Source of the DNA: Kiritimatiellia bacterium
GTDB taxonomy: Bacteria; Verrucomicrobiota; Kiritimatiellia; RFP12; UBA1067
Length of the DNA stretch: 61,423 nucleotides
Direction of reading: 5' to 3'
NCBI GenBank assembly: GCA_045641465.1
Contig: JAZUGW010000118.1
Coordinates: 1 to 61,423 of the forward strand
In this document: piece by piece, positions 42,869 to 52,264 of the stretch
Position numbering within the stretch: position 1 is the first letter of the stretch
How the letters are laid out: the number at the start of each line of letters is the position of its first letter
Notes under the pieces: model-generated
What the model was told of the DNA's origin: nothing
The model's database searches: none
Seen by the model: the letters and a program-made list of their open reading frames with translations, nothing else
Translations under genes and position numbers: made by a program

Positions 42869-44851
42869 TTAATCCGTTTTCTGCATGTCACAGAGCTTCC
42901 GATAAACACCGTCGGCGGCGTAGAGTTCATCGTGCGTACCGCGTTCGACGATGCGTCCCTGGTCCATCACGAGAATGAGGTCCGCATTGCGAATCGTCGA
43001 CAGGCGATGCGCGATGGCAAACGTCGTTCGGTCTTTCATCAAATTGTCGATGGCGTCCTGCACCAGACGCTCCGTCACCGTGTCGAGCGCGCTTGTCGCT
43101 TCGTCCAGCACAAGGATCGGCGGATTGCGCAGAATCGCCCGCGCAATGGCAATGCGCTGACGCTCGCCGCCCGAGAGGGCAAAGCCCTTCTCGCCGACAT
43201 TGCGTTCGTAGCCTTCCGGCTGGGACATGATGAAATCGTGCGCATTCGCCATCTTCGCGGCGGCCACCACCTGTTCGTGCGTCGCCTCGGGCGAGCCGTA
43301 CTTGATGTTCTCTTCGATCGACGTATTGAAGAGCAGCGTCTCCTGCATCACGCTGCCGATGAGGCCGCGCAGATCCGCGATGCGCAGGTCGCGCACGTCG
43401 ACGCCATCCATCAGGATGCGTCCTTCACGCGGATCGTAGAAACGCGCCAGGAGTCCGCTCATCGTGGACTTGCCGCTGCCGGTCCCTCCCACCACGGCCA
43501 CGATCTTGCCGCGTTCGATCGTGAAGGAGGCGTGCGAAACGGCGTCGCGTTCGGCCGTATCGTAGCAGAACGAAACATCCTCGAAGACGATGCGGTCCGT
43601 AAACGCGGTCTTCTCGGCGGCATCCGCCTTCTGCGGCAGTTCCATCTGGACGTCGAGAATCGAGAAGATACGCGCGAGCGCGGCGCGTCCCTGCTCGATC
43701 TGCACCTGCAGCTTCGAGAGCTGCTTGAGCGGACGGTAGATCAGCAACAGCGGCGCGAGCATCGGCACGATCGTCGACAGCTTGACGCCCGCAAGGAAGC
43801 ACCAGGTCACGAAACCGCACAGCAGCAGAATGCCCACGGTCTCGACGGCCGGCCCCACGAGGAGTCCCCACCGCACGGACCGAAGCGTCGCCTTCAGCGT
43901 ATACTTGTTCGCCGCGAGGTATTTCTTGTTTTCAAAATCTTCCGTGTGGTACGCCTTCACGACCTTGACGCAGGTGAGAATCTCGTGGATGCGCGAGCCC
44001 ACCACCGAGAAGCGCTCGAGCGCCTTCTTGGACCACTTGCGAATGCGCCGCGAAAGGAACATCACAGGGCACATGAAGAGCGGGAAGCCGATCACGATGA
44101 GCGCCAATGTCGGCAGCATGTGGTTCATGATCGCGCTCCAGATGATGAAGCCGACGGAAACGGCGATCTCAAACGGCGCCTGCGCGAGTTCCTGCAGCAC
44201 ATGCTGGATGATCTGCTGCACTTGATGCGGGTCGCTCGTCGAACGGCTCATCAGCTGGCCCACGTCGATGCGTCCGAAGAACTGCATGGACTGCTTCTGC
44301 ACGTGTTCGAGAATCTCGACGCGCAGATCCTTCACCGTGTTCATTCCCGCCCAGGTAAGGCAGTAGTGATTCAAGAATGTAAAGCCACACCGCATCAACG
44401 CCGCCAGCGGAACGATCACGAGAATCGCAATCAAGAGCGGTACGCCGATCGCCTCGTTCTCGTCCTGCAGTTCAATGCCGAACTTCGCCGCCCACTTCTT
44501 CGCCTTGTCGTACTGCTTCATCAGGCCTTTGGACTTCTTCTCCATCTTCGCCGCCGGCGCCGCGTCGGTCTTTGCCGAGGTGTCTGCGGCGGCCTTTGCC
44601 GGTGCGACTTTCGCGGGCGCGGCTTCGGCCGTCGGCGCACGCCGTTCGTTCTGGCCCACCTGGTCGAGCGCGGGCTGGATCACGCTGAAGAACGGCACGA
44701 GCGTACCGGCGGTGAGCATGCCGCAGAGAATGCCTAGATAGATGCGCAGGCGGTACTTCCGCGCGTGCTGCCACAGGCGGCCATACGCCTCCTTGGCCGT
44801 GTACTCGCGGTCGAAGAACTCCTTTTTGTACGTTGGCGACTTGACCCTCAT
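42869..44851 (-). CDS. ABC transporter, fused permease/ATPase (MsbA/exporter type)
   Basis: Six-TM domain plus GGTGSGKST (Walker A), LSGGERQRIAIARA (signature) and ILVLDEATSALD (Walker B). The ATG overlaps the upstream stop (ATGA). Confidence 0.9.
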   Translation of the reverse strand: MRVKSPTYKKEFFDREYTAKEAYGRLWQHARKYRLRIYLGILCGMLTAGTLVPFFSVIQPALDQVGQNERRAPTAEAAPAKVAPAKAAADTSAKTDAAPAAKMEKKSKGLMKQYDKAKKWAAKFGIELQDENEAIGVPLLIAILVIVPLAALMRCGFTFLNHYCLTWAGMNTVKDLRVEILEHVQKQSMQFFGRIDVGQLMSRSTSDPHQVQQIIQHVLQELAQAPFEIAVSVGFIIWSAIMNHMLPTLALIVIGFPLFMCPVMFLSRRIRKWSKKALERFSVVGSRIHEILTCVKVVKAYHTEDFENKKYLAANKYTLKATLRSVRWGLLVGPAVETVGILLLCGFVTWCFLAGVKLSTIVPMLAPLLLIYRPLKQLSKLQVQIEQGRAALARIFSILDVQMELPQKADAAEKTAFTDRIVFEDVSFCYDTAERDAVSHASFTIERGKIVAVVGGTGSGKSTMSGLLARFYDPREGRILMDGVDVRDLRIADLRGLIGSVMQETLLFNTSIEENIKYGSPEATHEQVVAAAKMANAHDFIMSQPEGYERNVGEKGFALSGGERQRIAIARAILRNPPILVLDEATSALDTVTERLVQDAIDNLMKDRTTFAIAHRLSTIRNADLILVMDQGRIVERGTHDELYAADGVYRKLCDMQKTD

Positions 44852-46005
44852 CGTGCGTCACCGTCCTTCGCGATTTCTTCGTCCGTCAGATAGCAGGTGG
44901 GGTCTTCGCCCCAGAGATCGCCCGTCACGGCCTCGCCGCGCGCGCGGAAGTTGCCGCCGCAGATGTCGAGCCACTTGCAGGTCGGACAGCGCCCCTTGAC
45001 GTGCTCCTTCTTGTGGCGCATCAGATCGAGCAGCGAACCGGCGGGCGGATTGCCCCAGATTTCGGAGAACGGTTTTTCAAGCACGTTCCCCACGGGCTGG
45101 TTACGCCAGAACTGGTCGGGATAGACCGTACCGTCCCACGAAATGCAGCCAATGCCCTCGCCACTCGAATTGCCGCCGTTGAGCGTCAGCAGCTCCAGCG
45201 CCTTCGCCGCGTTGGGGTGCCCCTCGCGCGCCATCTTGAGATAGAGCGCCACGCCGTCGCACGCGTTGTCCACCGTCAGCACTTCCACGGGGAAGTTCGT
45301 CGCAAAGCACTTCTCCGTCTCGGCGATGATCGTCTCCAGCGCCTGACGCGCCTCCGCGTGGTTCAAGTCGGTCGCGGCGATGTCGCGTCCGCGTCCCGTG
45401 TAGACGAGATGGTAGAGGCAGATGCGCGGCACGCGTTCGGTGCGCATGAGCTCGAAGATCTCGGGGATCACCGCCATGTTGGCGCGCGTCATCGTCACGC
45501 GCAGCCCCACCTTCACGCCGCGGTCGCGCAGCCGGCGAATCGCCGCGAGCGAACGCTGGTACGCACCGGGACACCGCCGGAATTCGTCGTGGATCGCCTC
45601 GGTGCCGTCGATCGAGATGCCCACGTAGGAGACGCCGAGATCACGGATCCAGTCCGCCTGCGCGTCGTCGATCAGCGTGCCGTTCGTCGAGAACGTCACA
45701 CGGATGCCCTTCGCCTTCGCGTGGGCGGCAAGCGTGTGGATGTCAGGACGCGCAAACGGTTCGCCGCCGGAGAACAGAATCACCGGGGCGCCGAACGCCG
45801 CGAGATCGTCGATCACCGCAAGCGCCTGTTCCGTTGTCAGCACGCGCTGCTCGCCCGCATGCGCCGCGTAGCAGTGCGAACAGGCGAGGTTACACGCAGG
45901 TGTACAGTTCCACACCACCACAGGACGGCGATGCGCGCCCTTGCGGTAGCGAAGACGATCCGATTCTTCAATCGTCCCGAAATAGAGTTTTGAAATCCCG
46001 ATCAT
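44848..46005 (-). CDS. Radical SAM/SPASM protein of the NirJ/AhbC/AhbD type
   Basis: MIGISKLYFGTIEESDRLRYRKGAHRRPVVVWNCTPACNLACSHCY is the characteristic N-terminus. C-terminal Cys cluster CPTCKWLDICGGNFRARG...DPTCYL. The ATG at 46005 lies 2 nt after the pflB stop. Confidence 0.85.
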   Translation of the reverse strand: MIGISKLYFGTIEESDRLRYRKGAHRRPVVVWNCTPACNLACSHCYAAHAGEQRVLTTEQALAVIDDLAAFGAPVILFSGGEPFARPDIHTLAAHAKAKGIRVTFSTNGTLIDDAQADWIRDLGVSYVGISIDGTEAIHDEFRRCPGAYQRSLAAIRRLRDRGVKVGLRVTMTRANMAVIPEIFELMRTERVPRICLYHLVYTGRGRDIAATDLNHAEARQALETIIAETEKCFATNFPVEVLTVDNACDGVALYLKMAREGHPNAAKALELLTLNGGNSSGEGIGCISWDGTVYPDQFWRNQPVGNVLEKPFSEIWGNPPAGSLLDLMRHKKEHVKGRCPTCKWLDICGGNFRARGEAVTGDLWGEDPTCYLTDEEIAKDGDAR

Positions 46006-46007
46006 AG

Positions 46008-48263
46008 TCAAAGCGTCTTGTGGCACGTGCGCTTGATTACGTCAAGCTGCTGTTCGCGTGTGAGGTCGATGAACTTGACGGCATAGCCGGAAACGCGAAT
46101 CGTGAAGTTCGCGTACTCGGGCGTTTCCGGATGCTCCATGCAGTCGATGAGCTTGTCCGTGCCGAACACATTCACATTGAGATGATGCGCACCCTGCTTG
46201 AAGTAGCCGTCCAGCACCGAGACGAGCGTCTGGATGCGTTCTTCCGGCGTGTTGCCAAGCGCCGAGGGATGGATCGTCTGCGTGTTGGAAATGCCGTCGA
46301 GCGCATATTCGTACGGAATCTTCGCAACCGAGTTGAGGGACGCCAGCAGTCCGTTCTGTTCCGCACCGTAGGAGGGGTTCGCACCCGGCGACAGCGGTTC
46401 GCCGGCGGGGCGTCCATCCGGCATTGCGCCCGTCGCCTTGCCGTACACCACGTTGGACGTGATCGTGAGGATCGACGTCGTCGGCAGGGCATTGCGGTAG
46501 GTGTGATGGCTCTTGATCTTGCGCATGAACGAAATAAGCAGGCCCTTCGCGATTTCATCCGCGCGGTCATCGTCGTTGCCATAGCGCGGGAAGTCGCCTT
46601 CCACCTTGTAGTCCACGGCGAGACCCGTTTCATCGCGCACCACGCTCACCTTCGCGTACTTGATCGCGCAGAGCGAATCGACTGCATGCGAGAAACCCGC
46701 GATGCCCGTGGCGAACGTGCGCTGCACGTCCGTGTCGATAAGCGCCATCTGCGCGGCCTCGTAGTAGTACTTGTCGTGCATGTAGTGGATCAGGTTCAGC
46801 GTATGCACGTAGAGGCCCGCCAGCCAGTCCATCATCTGGTCGTAGTGGCGCATCACCTCGTCGTAGTCGAGCACGTCCGCCGTGATCGGACGCACCTCGG
46901 GCCCCACCTGCAGATGCGTCTTTTCGTCGATGCCGCCGTTGATGGCGTACAAGAGGCACTTCGCGAGGTTGGCACGCGCACCGAAGAACTGCATTTCCTT
47001 GCCCGTCTTCGTGGCGGAGACACAGCAGCAGATCGCATAGTCGTCGCCCCACACGCGCCGCATCACGCAATCGTTCTCGTACTGTACCGAACTCGTGTTG
47101 ATTGAAATCTTCGCGGAATAGTCGCGGAACGGCTTCGGCAGCCGCGGCGAATACAGAACCGTGAGGTTCGGCTCGGGCGAGGGTCCCATCGTCTCGAGCG
47201 TGTGGAGAATGCGGAAGTCGTTCTTCGTCACCATCGCGCGGCCGTCTTCGCACATGCCGCCCATGTTGATCGTCGCCCACACGGGGTCGCCGCTGAAGAG
47301 CTCGTTATAGCTCGGAATGCGCGCGAACTTGACCATGCGGAACTTCAGGACGAGGTGGTCGATCAATTCCTGCGCGTCGCGCTCGGTGAGCGTGCCCTCC
47401 TTGAGGTCGCGCGCGATGTAGATGTCGAGGAACGTGGAGACGCGTCCGATGGACATCGCCGCGCCGTTCTGCATCTTGATCGCTGCGAGGTAGCCGAAGT
47501 AGGTCCACTGGATCGCCTCCCGCGCGTTCACCGCCGGACGGGAAATATCGAAACCGTAGCTCTGGGCCATCACCTTCATCGCCTGCAGCGCGCGGATCTG
47601 GTCCGCCACCTCTTCGCGGCCGCGAATGACGTCCTCCGGCATCGAACCGATGCCGCACATCGGCAGGTCGTCCTGCTTGCCCTTGATCAGACGGTCGATG
47701 CCGTAAAGCGCCACACGCCGGTAGTCGCCCACGATGCGTCCACGCCCGTAGGTATCCGGCAGACCCGTGATGATCTTGTTCTTGCGGGCCATGCGCATTT
47801 CCGGCGTATAGGCGTCGTACACGCCCTGGTTGTGCGTCTTGTGGTAGGTCGTAAAGATGTGATGCAGCTCGGGATTCGGCGTGTAACCGTAGGTCGTGAG
47901 CGCTTCCTCCGCCATCTTGATGCCGCCGTAGGGCATGAACGCGCGCTTGAGAGGCTTGTCGGTCTGCAGGCCCACGATCTTCTCGAGGTCCTTGTCGAGG
48001 TAGCCCGGCTGATGCGACGTGATGGACGAAACAATGTCCGTATCCATGTCGAGCACACCGCCCTTGGCACGCTCCTCCTTCTGCAGAACCTGCAGCTTCG
48101 CCCACAGCTTGTCCGTCGCCTCCGTCGAAGGCGCCAAGAAGGACTCGTCGCCCGCATAGGGTTCAAAGTTCAACCGGATGAATTCCGCGACGTTGATTTC
48201 CTGCTCCCAACGTCCACCCTTAAATCCCCGCCAAGCGGAGTTCTCTTTAACTTCTGTACTCAT
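46008..48263 (-). CDS. pflB: Formate C-acetyltransferase (pyruvate formate-lyase)
   Basis: 751 aa; typical PflB N-terminus (WRGFKGGRWEQEINV), active-site CCVS (ICCCVSAT) and glycyl-radical motif TIRVSGYAV. Confidence 0.96.
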   Translation of the reverse strand: MSTEVKENSAWRGFKGGRWEQEINVAEFIRLNFEPYAGDESFLAPSTEATDKLWAKLQVLQKEERAKGGVLDMDTDIVSSITSHQPGYLDKDLEKIVGLQTDKPLKRAFMPYGGIKMAEEALTTYGYTPNPELHHIFTTYHKTHNQGVYDAYTPEMRMARKNKIITGLPDTYGRGRIVGDYRRVALYGIDRLIKGKQDDLPMCGIGSMPEDVIRGREEVADQIRALQAMKVMAQSYGFDISRPAVNAREAIQWTYFGYLAAIKMQNGAAMSIGRVSTFLDIYIARDLKEGTLTERDAQELIDHLVLKFRMVKFARIPSYNELFSGDPVWATINMGGMCEDGRAMVTKNDFRILHTLETMGPSPEPNLTVLYSPRLPKPFRDYSAKISINTSSVQYENDCVMRRVWGDDYAICCCVSATKTGKEMQFFGARANLAKCLLYAINGGIDEKTHLQVGPEVRPITADVLDYDEVMRHYDQMMDWLAGLYVHTLNLIHYMHDKYYYEAAQMALIDTDVQRTFATGIAGFSHAVDSLCAIKYAKVSVVRDETGLAVDYKVEGDFPRYGNDDDRADEIAKGLLISFMRKIKSHHTYRNALPTTSILTITSNVVYGKATGAMPDGRPAGEPLSPGANPSYGAEQNGLLASLNSVAKIPYEYALDGISNTQTIHPSALGNTPEERIQTLVSVLDGYFKQGAHHLNVNVFGTDKLIDCMEHPETPEYANFTIRVSGYAVKFIDLTREQQLDVIKRTCHKTL

Positions 48264-48318
48264 TTCTTCTCTCGAACTTTAAAATTCTTCAACACGCTCA
48301 AAGCAACTCGCCTTTTCC

Positions 48319-48403
48319 TCAACCCCAACCTATTCCCTCTAACCTACCCCCTCTGACCTACTCCCTCTAACCTATTCACTATAACCTGTAACCTATTCTC
48401 TCT
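48319..48403. repeat. Heptanucleotide array F (14-nt double units AACCTAYYCCCTCT, about 5.5 copies) in the pflB 5' region
   Basis: aacctattccctct aacctaccccctct gacctactccctct aacctattcactat aacctgt aacctattctctct. It shares a 19-mer with array H and a 13-mer with array G. Confidence 0.85.
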
Positions 48404-49229
48404 CCGTCGGCAGTCCCCACTCCTCGAGTTTCGTTGCAATCCAGTCAAAAGACGCCTGATGCATCTCGCGCGACGATCCCGTGAGCACGGGTCCGCACGC
48501 AAGGCGGATTTCCTTGCTGGGATCGACCGTACCAAAGTCCTTGGAAAAGCCCTTGCCGTCCGGACGCGTCGGCATGATGTCCGTCTTGACGGCGATCGGC
48601 ACCACCGGCACGCCCGTCTTTTCGGCGAGCTTCGTACCGATCGAACTCCAGCCCTTGCGTGCGAACACCGGCACGCGCGTGCCCTGTGCGAAGATGAGCA
48701 CGGACTGCTTTTCGTCGCGAATGCGCGCCCCGCACACATTGAAGATCGTCATCAGGTCCTCGCGCGGATTGGTGCGTCCAATCGGCACAAGGCCCATGTG
48801 CGTCGCCGCCTTGCCGAGTCCGGGCGTGTTGATGATGGACGCCTTCACCACCGTCGAGAAAGGTCCGTAGGTCAGGAGAACGAACGGCAGCAGCGTAGTC
48901 TCGGTCGTGGACATGTGATTCGCCAGGTAGACGACAGGTCCCTGATAGTCGCGCCGGTTGTTCCATCCTTCCGCGTACACCTTCGTCCCGTAGCTCTCCG
49001 CCTTCTGCACGGCGTAGAAGCAGAACTTCGCCCAGAGATCCGTATTCAGCTTCCCGCGCCATTCCGCAATCGAGCTACGCACAAAAACGCTCAACACGCT
49101 CCACGCGAATCCCAGCGTGGTCAGACGACCCGGCTTGCGCACTGTCGGCGCACACCGGTCGGGCGGCGTTTCATAACCACCTGTCGCGAGCAATTCGGCT
49201 CGGAATTGCTCAAGCGTTGTCTCCGTCAT
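48393..49229 (-). CDS. PlsC-family (lysophospholipid) acyltransferase
   Basis: YLANHMSTTETT (HX4D/E-type motif I) and IFAQGTRVP (FPEGTR-like motif III). Confidence 0.78.
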   Translation of the reverse strand: MTETTLEQFRAELLATGGYETPPDRCAPTVRKPGRLTTLGFAWSVLSVFVRSSIAEWRGKLNTDLWAKFCFYAVQKAESYGTKVYAEGWNNRRDYQGPVVYLANHMSTTETTLLPFVLLTYGPFSTVVKASIINTPGLGKAATHMGLVPIGRTNPREDLMTIFNVCGARIRDEKQSVLIFAQGTRVPVFARKGWSSIGTKLAEKTGVPVVPIAVKTDIMPTRPDGKGFSKDFGTVDPSKEIRLACGPVLTGSSREMHQASFDWIATKLEEWGLPTERE

Positions 49230-49243
49230 AGTCCTCGACTCCC

Positions 49244-50653
49244 TTACGCCTCGGGCGGCGTTGCCACAGGCGCGGGCGCGGGTGCCGCTCCGGCGCCTGT
49301 TTCATTCTGCTGTTGCTGCTGCTGTTCACGCGCCTCGCGCTGACGGCGCAGCTCTTCCTGAATCTGGATCAGCGTCTGGCGCTGCTGCTCGCGTTCGGCC
49401 GCCGCCTTCTCGCGATCGGCCGCCGCCTTCTCGCGCTCGGCCTTCGCCTGCTCGGCCGCCGCCGCCTGACGCGCGGACTCCGCCTGGCGCTCGGCTTCCT
49501 TCTGCAACCGACGCTGACGCAAACGCGCCAATGCGTCACCCGCCGTTTCGTTAGGCTCAGCCGCACCGCCGGCATTCGCACCCGCCATCGGCATGCCACC
49601 ACGCATGCCGCCGAAACCGCCGCGGCCACCGCCCCAGGAAGGACGTCCGCCGAAGCCGCCGCCGTTCGGCAGGCCGCCGCGCATGCCCATCATGCCGCGA
49701 TTGGCCATTGCGTTCGGCTGGCCTGGACGCCCCGCGCCGCCCTTTCCGCCCTTCGCATTCGGGTCCGCGCCTTCGCCCAGCTTGAGCGTGCCCTCCACGC
49801 CATCGCGTTCAAGCGTCACCGTCATCTCGTGCGGATCGGCCGACTTGATGGTCCAGCCGTCGCGCGTCTCGCCGACTTTCATGTAGTAGGTCGCCGCCGG
49901 CTGCTTCGACGAATCGGTAAAGCCCACGGCAATCGATCCGCGCGGCGTCACATTGAGCGCCGAAATGCGCACGCCCTGCAACATCTGCTCGGCCTCCGCC
50001 TGTGCCGCGGCAGCGGCCGCTTCCGGCGTCATTTCGCCATTCGCACCGATTCCACCGCGGGCACCGCTTCCACCCGAATTGGGATCGAATCCCGGCGGCT
50101 CCGGACCGAACGGCATCCGGTCGAGAATCGTCTTATAGCGGGCGAAACGCGGATCTTCCGGCTTTTCAGCGGCCGACGGCACCGAATTCGTACCCGAACT
50201 CGTATCCGCCTCGTCATCGTCCTCGTCTTTCGCATCGGCCTTGACCGCCGCCTGCGCAACGGCGTTCGTCGCACCCGCCTCCTTCACCGCAGGGACCTTG
50301 GCCGATGTCTCGGCAACCGCATTCGTCACCGACGCCTTGGCCTCAGGCAGCACCTCGGCCTTCTTCGCAACCACATTCGTCACAGGCGCCTTGGCCTCGG
50401 ACACCTGAGCCTCGGCCTTCGCAACGGCATTCGTTGCAGGCGCTTTAACCTCAGAAGCCTTCGCAACCGCATTCACAGCGGGCGCTTTGGCTTCAGGCGC
50501 CGGAGCCTCGGCCTTCGCGGCAGGAGCCGCAACCGCAGGCGCGGCGGCCACCTGATTCGTCGACGCGACAGGGGTCTGAACGGCGTCAGCAGCGACACAG
50601 AAGAGCGGCAGCGCGCCAAGCACGGCAAAAAGAATCTGATAAGGGTGTTTCAT
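49244..50653 (-). CDS. Secreted low-complexity protein: A/K/V-rich repeats, a small beta domain, a Gly/Arg-rich tract and an acidic-basic coiled-coil tail
   Basis: Signal peptide MKHPYQILFAVLGALPLFCVAADA. Repeats of xKAPxTNAVAK. GGRGGFGGMRGG. RQRRLQKEAERQAESARQAAAAEQAKAEREKAAADREKAAAEREQQRQ. Confidence 0.7.
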   Translation of the reverse strand: MKHPYQILFAVLGALPLFCVAADAVQTPVASTNQVAAAPAVAAPAAKAEAPAPEAKAPAVNAVAKASEVKAPATNAVAKAEAQVSEAKAPVTNVVAKKAEVLPEAKASVTNAVAETSAKVPAVKEAGATNAVAQAAVKADAKDEDDDEADTSSGTNSVPSAAEKPEDPRFARYKTILDRMPFGPEPPGFDPNSGGSGARGGIGANGEMTPEAAAAAAQAEAEQMLQGVRISALNVTPRGSIAVGFTDSSKQPAATYYMKVGETRDGWTIKSADPHEMTVTLERDGVEGTLKLGEGADPNAKGGKGGAGRPGQPNAMANRGMMGMRGGLPNGGGFGGRPSWGGGRGGFGGMRGGMPMAGANAGGAAEPNETAGDALARLRQRRLQKEAERQAESARQAAAAEQAKAEREKAAADREKAAAEREQQRQTLIQIQEELRRQREAREQQQQQQNETGAGAAPAPAPVATPPEA

Positions 50654-50659
50654 ACCACT

Positions 50660-50668
50660 ATTTTACCA
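50660..50668 (-). promoter_or_regulatory. Extended -10 element placed for a leaderless transcript of the 49244..50653 gene
   Basis: Minus strand TGGTAAAAT, then 6 nt, then ATG (50653). Confidence 0.4.
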
Positions 50669-50817
50669 CATTTTGCGTCATTATGCCAACAGTCCTCAAT
50701 AGGGAAAACTGTAAGATGCCCGCGGCAACGAAACGAGGTTCTACGCGCGGGCTCCCCAACCCGGCGCGCAATCCGTGAAAATCCGTGGACCCAACCGGCC
50801 CGGAGGCATTTTACATT

Positions 50818-51405
50818 CTACATTCGGCGTGGCTTCCGTCTCAGGCCCAGAACGCCCAGCCCCCAAAGGAGCAGCATCGCGCCGGACGGTTCAGGAACCG
50901 CGTGGGACATACCATCCCAGGCCACTGCCGGAACCACCGTGGCGGACATCGGCATCATCTGAATATGATGGCCGAACTGCAGGTCTTCGTAGGAGACGGC
51001 CACCCCGCCGGCGACCCCGGACCAGTCGCCTCCCTCGTAGATGCCGAGTTCGATCATGAACTTCGTACCGGGGCCGTAGTCGCCAAGGCCCGCATACAGA
51101 GGTTCAACTGACCCGGACACCTCGAGGGTGTCGCCGAGACACATGAAATCGAACGCCGAGTCCCCATAGAGATTGAGATACGACGAAACCCCGTCCGACT
51201 CGGCCTTCACGCGGACGGCATTGACGCGATCGCCAAGAAGCTCGTCGATGCGGACATACGAACCGTCAAAACACGACACCGTGGCCTCGTCGTCGAAGTA
51301 CCAGAACAGCGCCTCCCCGGACAACACCTCTCCCGTCGAATCCGCCAGACACCCCAGAAGGATCCCCACCGCCGCAAAACCGGACAACATGCTTTTCATC
51401 GACAT
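50818..51405 (-). CDS. PEP-CTERM-anchored secreted protein
   Basis: The C-terminus VPEPSGAMLLLWGLGVLGLRRKPRRM is a PEP motif + TM + basic tail. An N-terminal signal peptide is present. Confidence 0.8.
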   Translation of the reverse strand: MSMKSMLSGFAAVGILLGCLADSTGEVLSGEALFWYFDDEATVSCFDGSYVRIDELLGDRVNAVRVKAESDGVSSYLNLYGDSAFDFMCLGDTLEVSGSVEPLYAGLGDYGPGTKFMIELGIYEGGDWSGVAGGVAVSYEDLQFGHHIQMMPMSATVVPAVAWDGMSHAVPEPSGAMLLLWGLGVLGLRRKPRRM

Positions 51406-51408
51406 CCC

Positions 51409-52248
51409 TTACCCCTCTTCTTGCACGGACGGTTTCACCACTTCCCAGCTGAACTTGAACGCCTTGCCCTTGCGGATGTACCAAATCGCAGTCCCCACGG
51501 GCGCGATGGCATTCTCGTCGCGCGCCTTCTGCCGCCAGACGCCCTTCTCCTCATCCCACGCGTACCCCCCGCCGGTGCCCCATTTCCCGGACTTCCACGT
51601 GTAGGTCACCATCCCCCCGTCGGACGTAATGACCGAGATCTGGTCGGACGAAAGCGGGTTGCCTTCCCACTTGATCGCATTGAGGTCCGTCGCCACCGTA
51701 CGATCCGGATTCGCCAGTAGCGTCCATGTCGGGGCCGCGGCCGATCCACCCACGACCGTCGTATTCCCCGCAACCGCCTCGTACTGCCCGCTCACGTAGA
51801 ACGGCTTCTCCACGTCTGCGCCCTCGCCGCTACGAACCAGCCACAGACCGACGCCGCGTTCGACCATGTGCGCCGAAGCCTCGCCCGCTTCGATCACGGT
51901 CTGCCCGTCGATCCCCTTCGTAACCGTCATCGCCGGTTCCCAGGTCCGGCTCGCCGAAACCGTCCACGCCTCGTAGATGCCGTCGGGCCGCACAGCCATC
52001 ACCATGTCGCCGGGAACGAGGTTGCGCGTCTTGACGAGCGACGCGATGTCGATCGGCTTTGTCGCGTCGGCGGAAAAGCCGACCCACGGCACGTTGACGA
52101 CCGTATTCACCTCTTTCGAGTCGATCCTGAGCAATCCGCCGACATTGACGCTTTCGACCCTCTCCGCCGCCGAGACCGAGGCCACCAGGAAAACCGCAAC
52201 AATCGAAACGAAAACACGTGAGATGTCTGACATCGGGAAATTCTTCAT
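51409..52248 (-). CDS. Secreted hypothetical protein (279 aa), possibly an internally duplicated beta domain
   Basis: A signal/anchor segment VFVSIVAVFLVASVSAA follows MKNFPMSDISR. No recognisable family. Confidence 0.68.
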   Translation of the reverse strand: MKNFPMSDISRVFVSIVAVFLVASVSAAERVESVNVGGLLRIDSKEVNTVVNVPWVGFSADATKPIDIASLVKTRNLVPGDMVMAVRPDGIYEAWTVSASRTWEPAMTVTKGIDGQTVIEAGEASAHMVERGVGLWLVRSGEGADVEKPFYVSGQYEAVAGNTTVVGGSAAAPTWTLLANPDRTVATDLNAIKWEGNPLSSDQISVITSDGGMVTYTWKSGKWGTGGGYAWDEEKGVWRQKARDENAIAPVGTAIWYIRKGKAFKFSWEVVKPSVQEEG

Positions 52249-52264
52249 TTCAGCTCCTCGAACC

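Noticed and set aside
44848-46005. Considered calling this radical SAM gene the pyruvate formate-lyase activating enzyme because it directly follows pflB
   Set aside because: It is ~385 aa and has a SPASM-type C-terminal Cys cluster and the NirJ/AhbD-type N-terminus, with CxxxCxxC about 40 residues in. The ~250-aa PflA architecture has its cluster at the extreme N-terminus.
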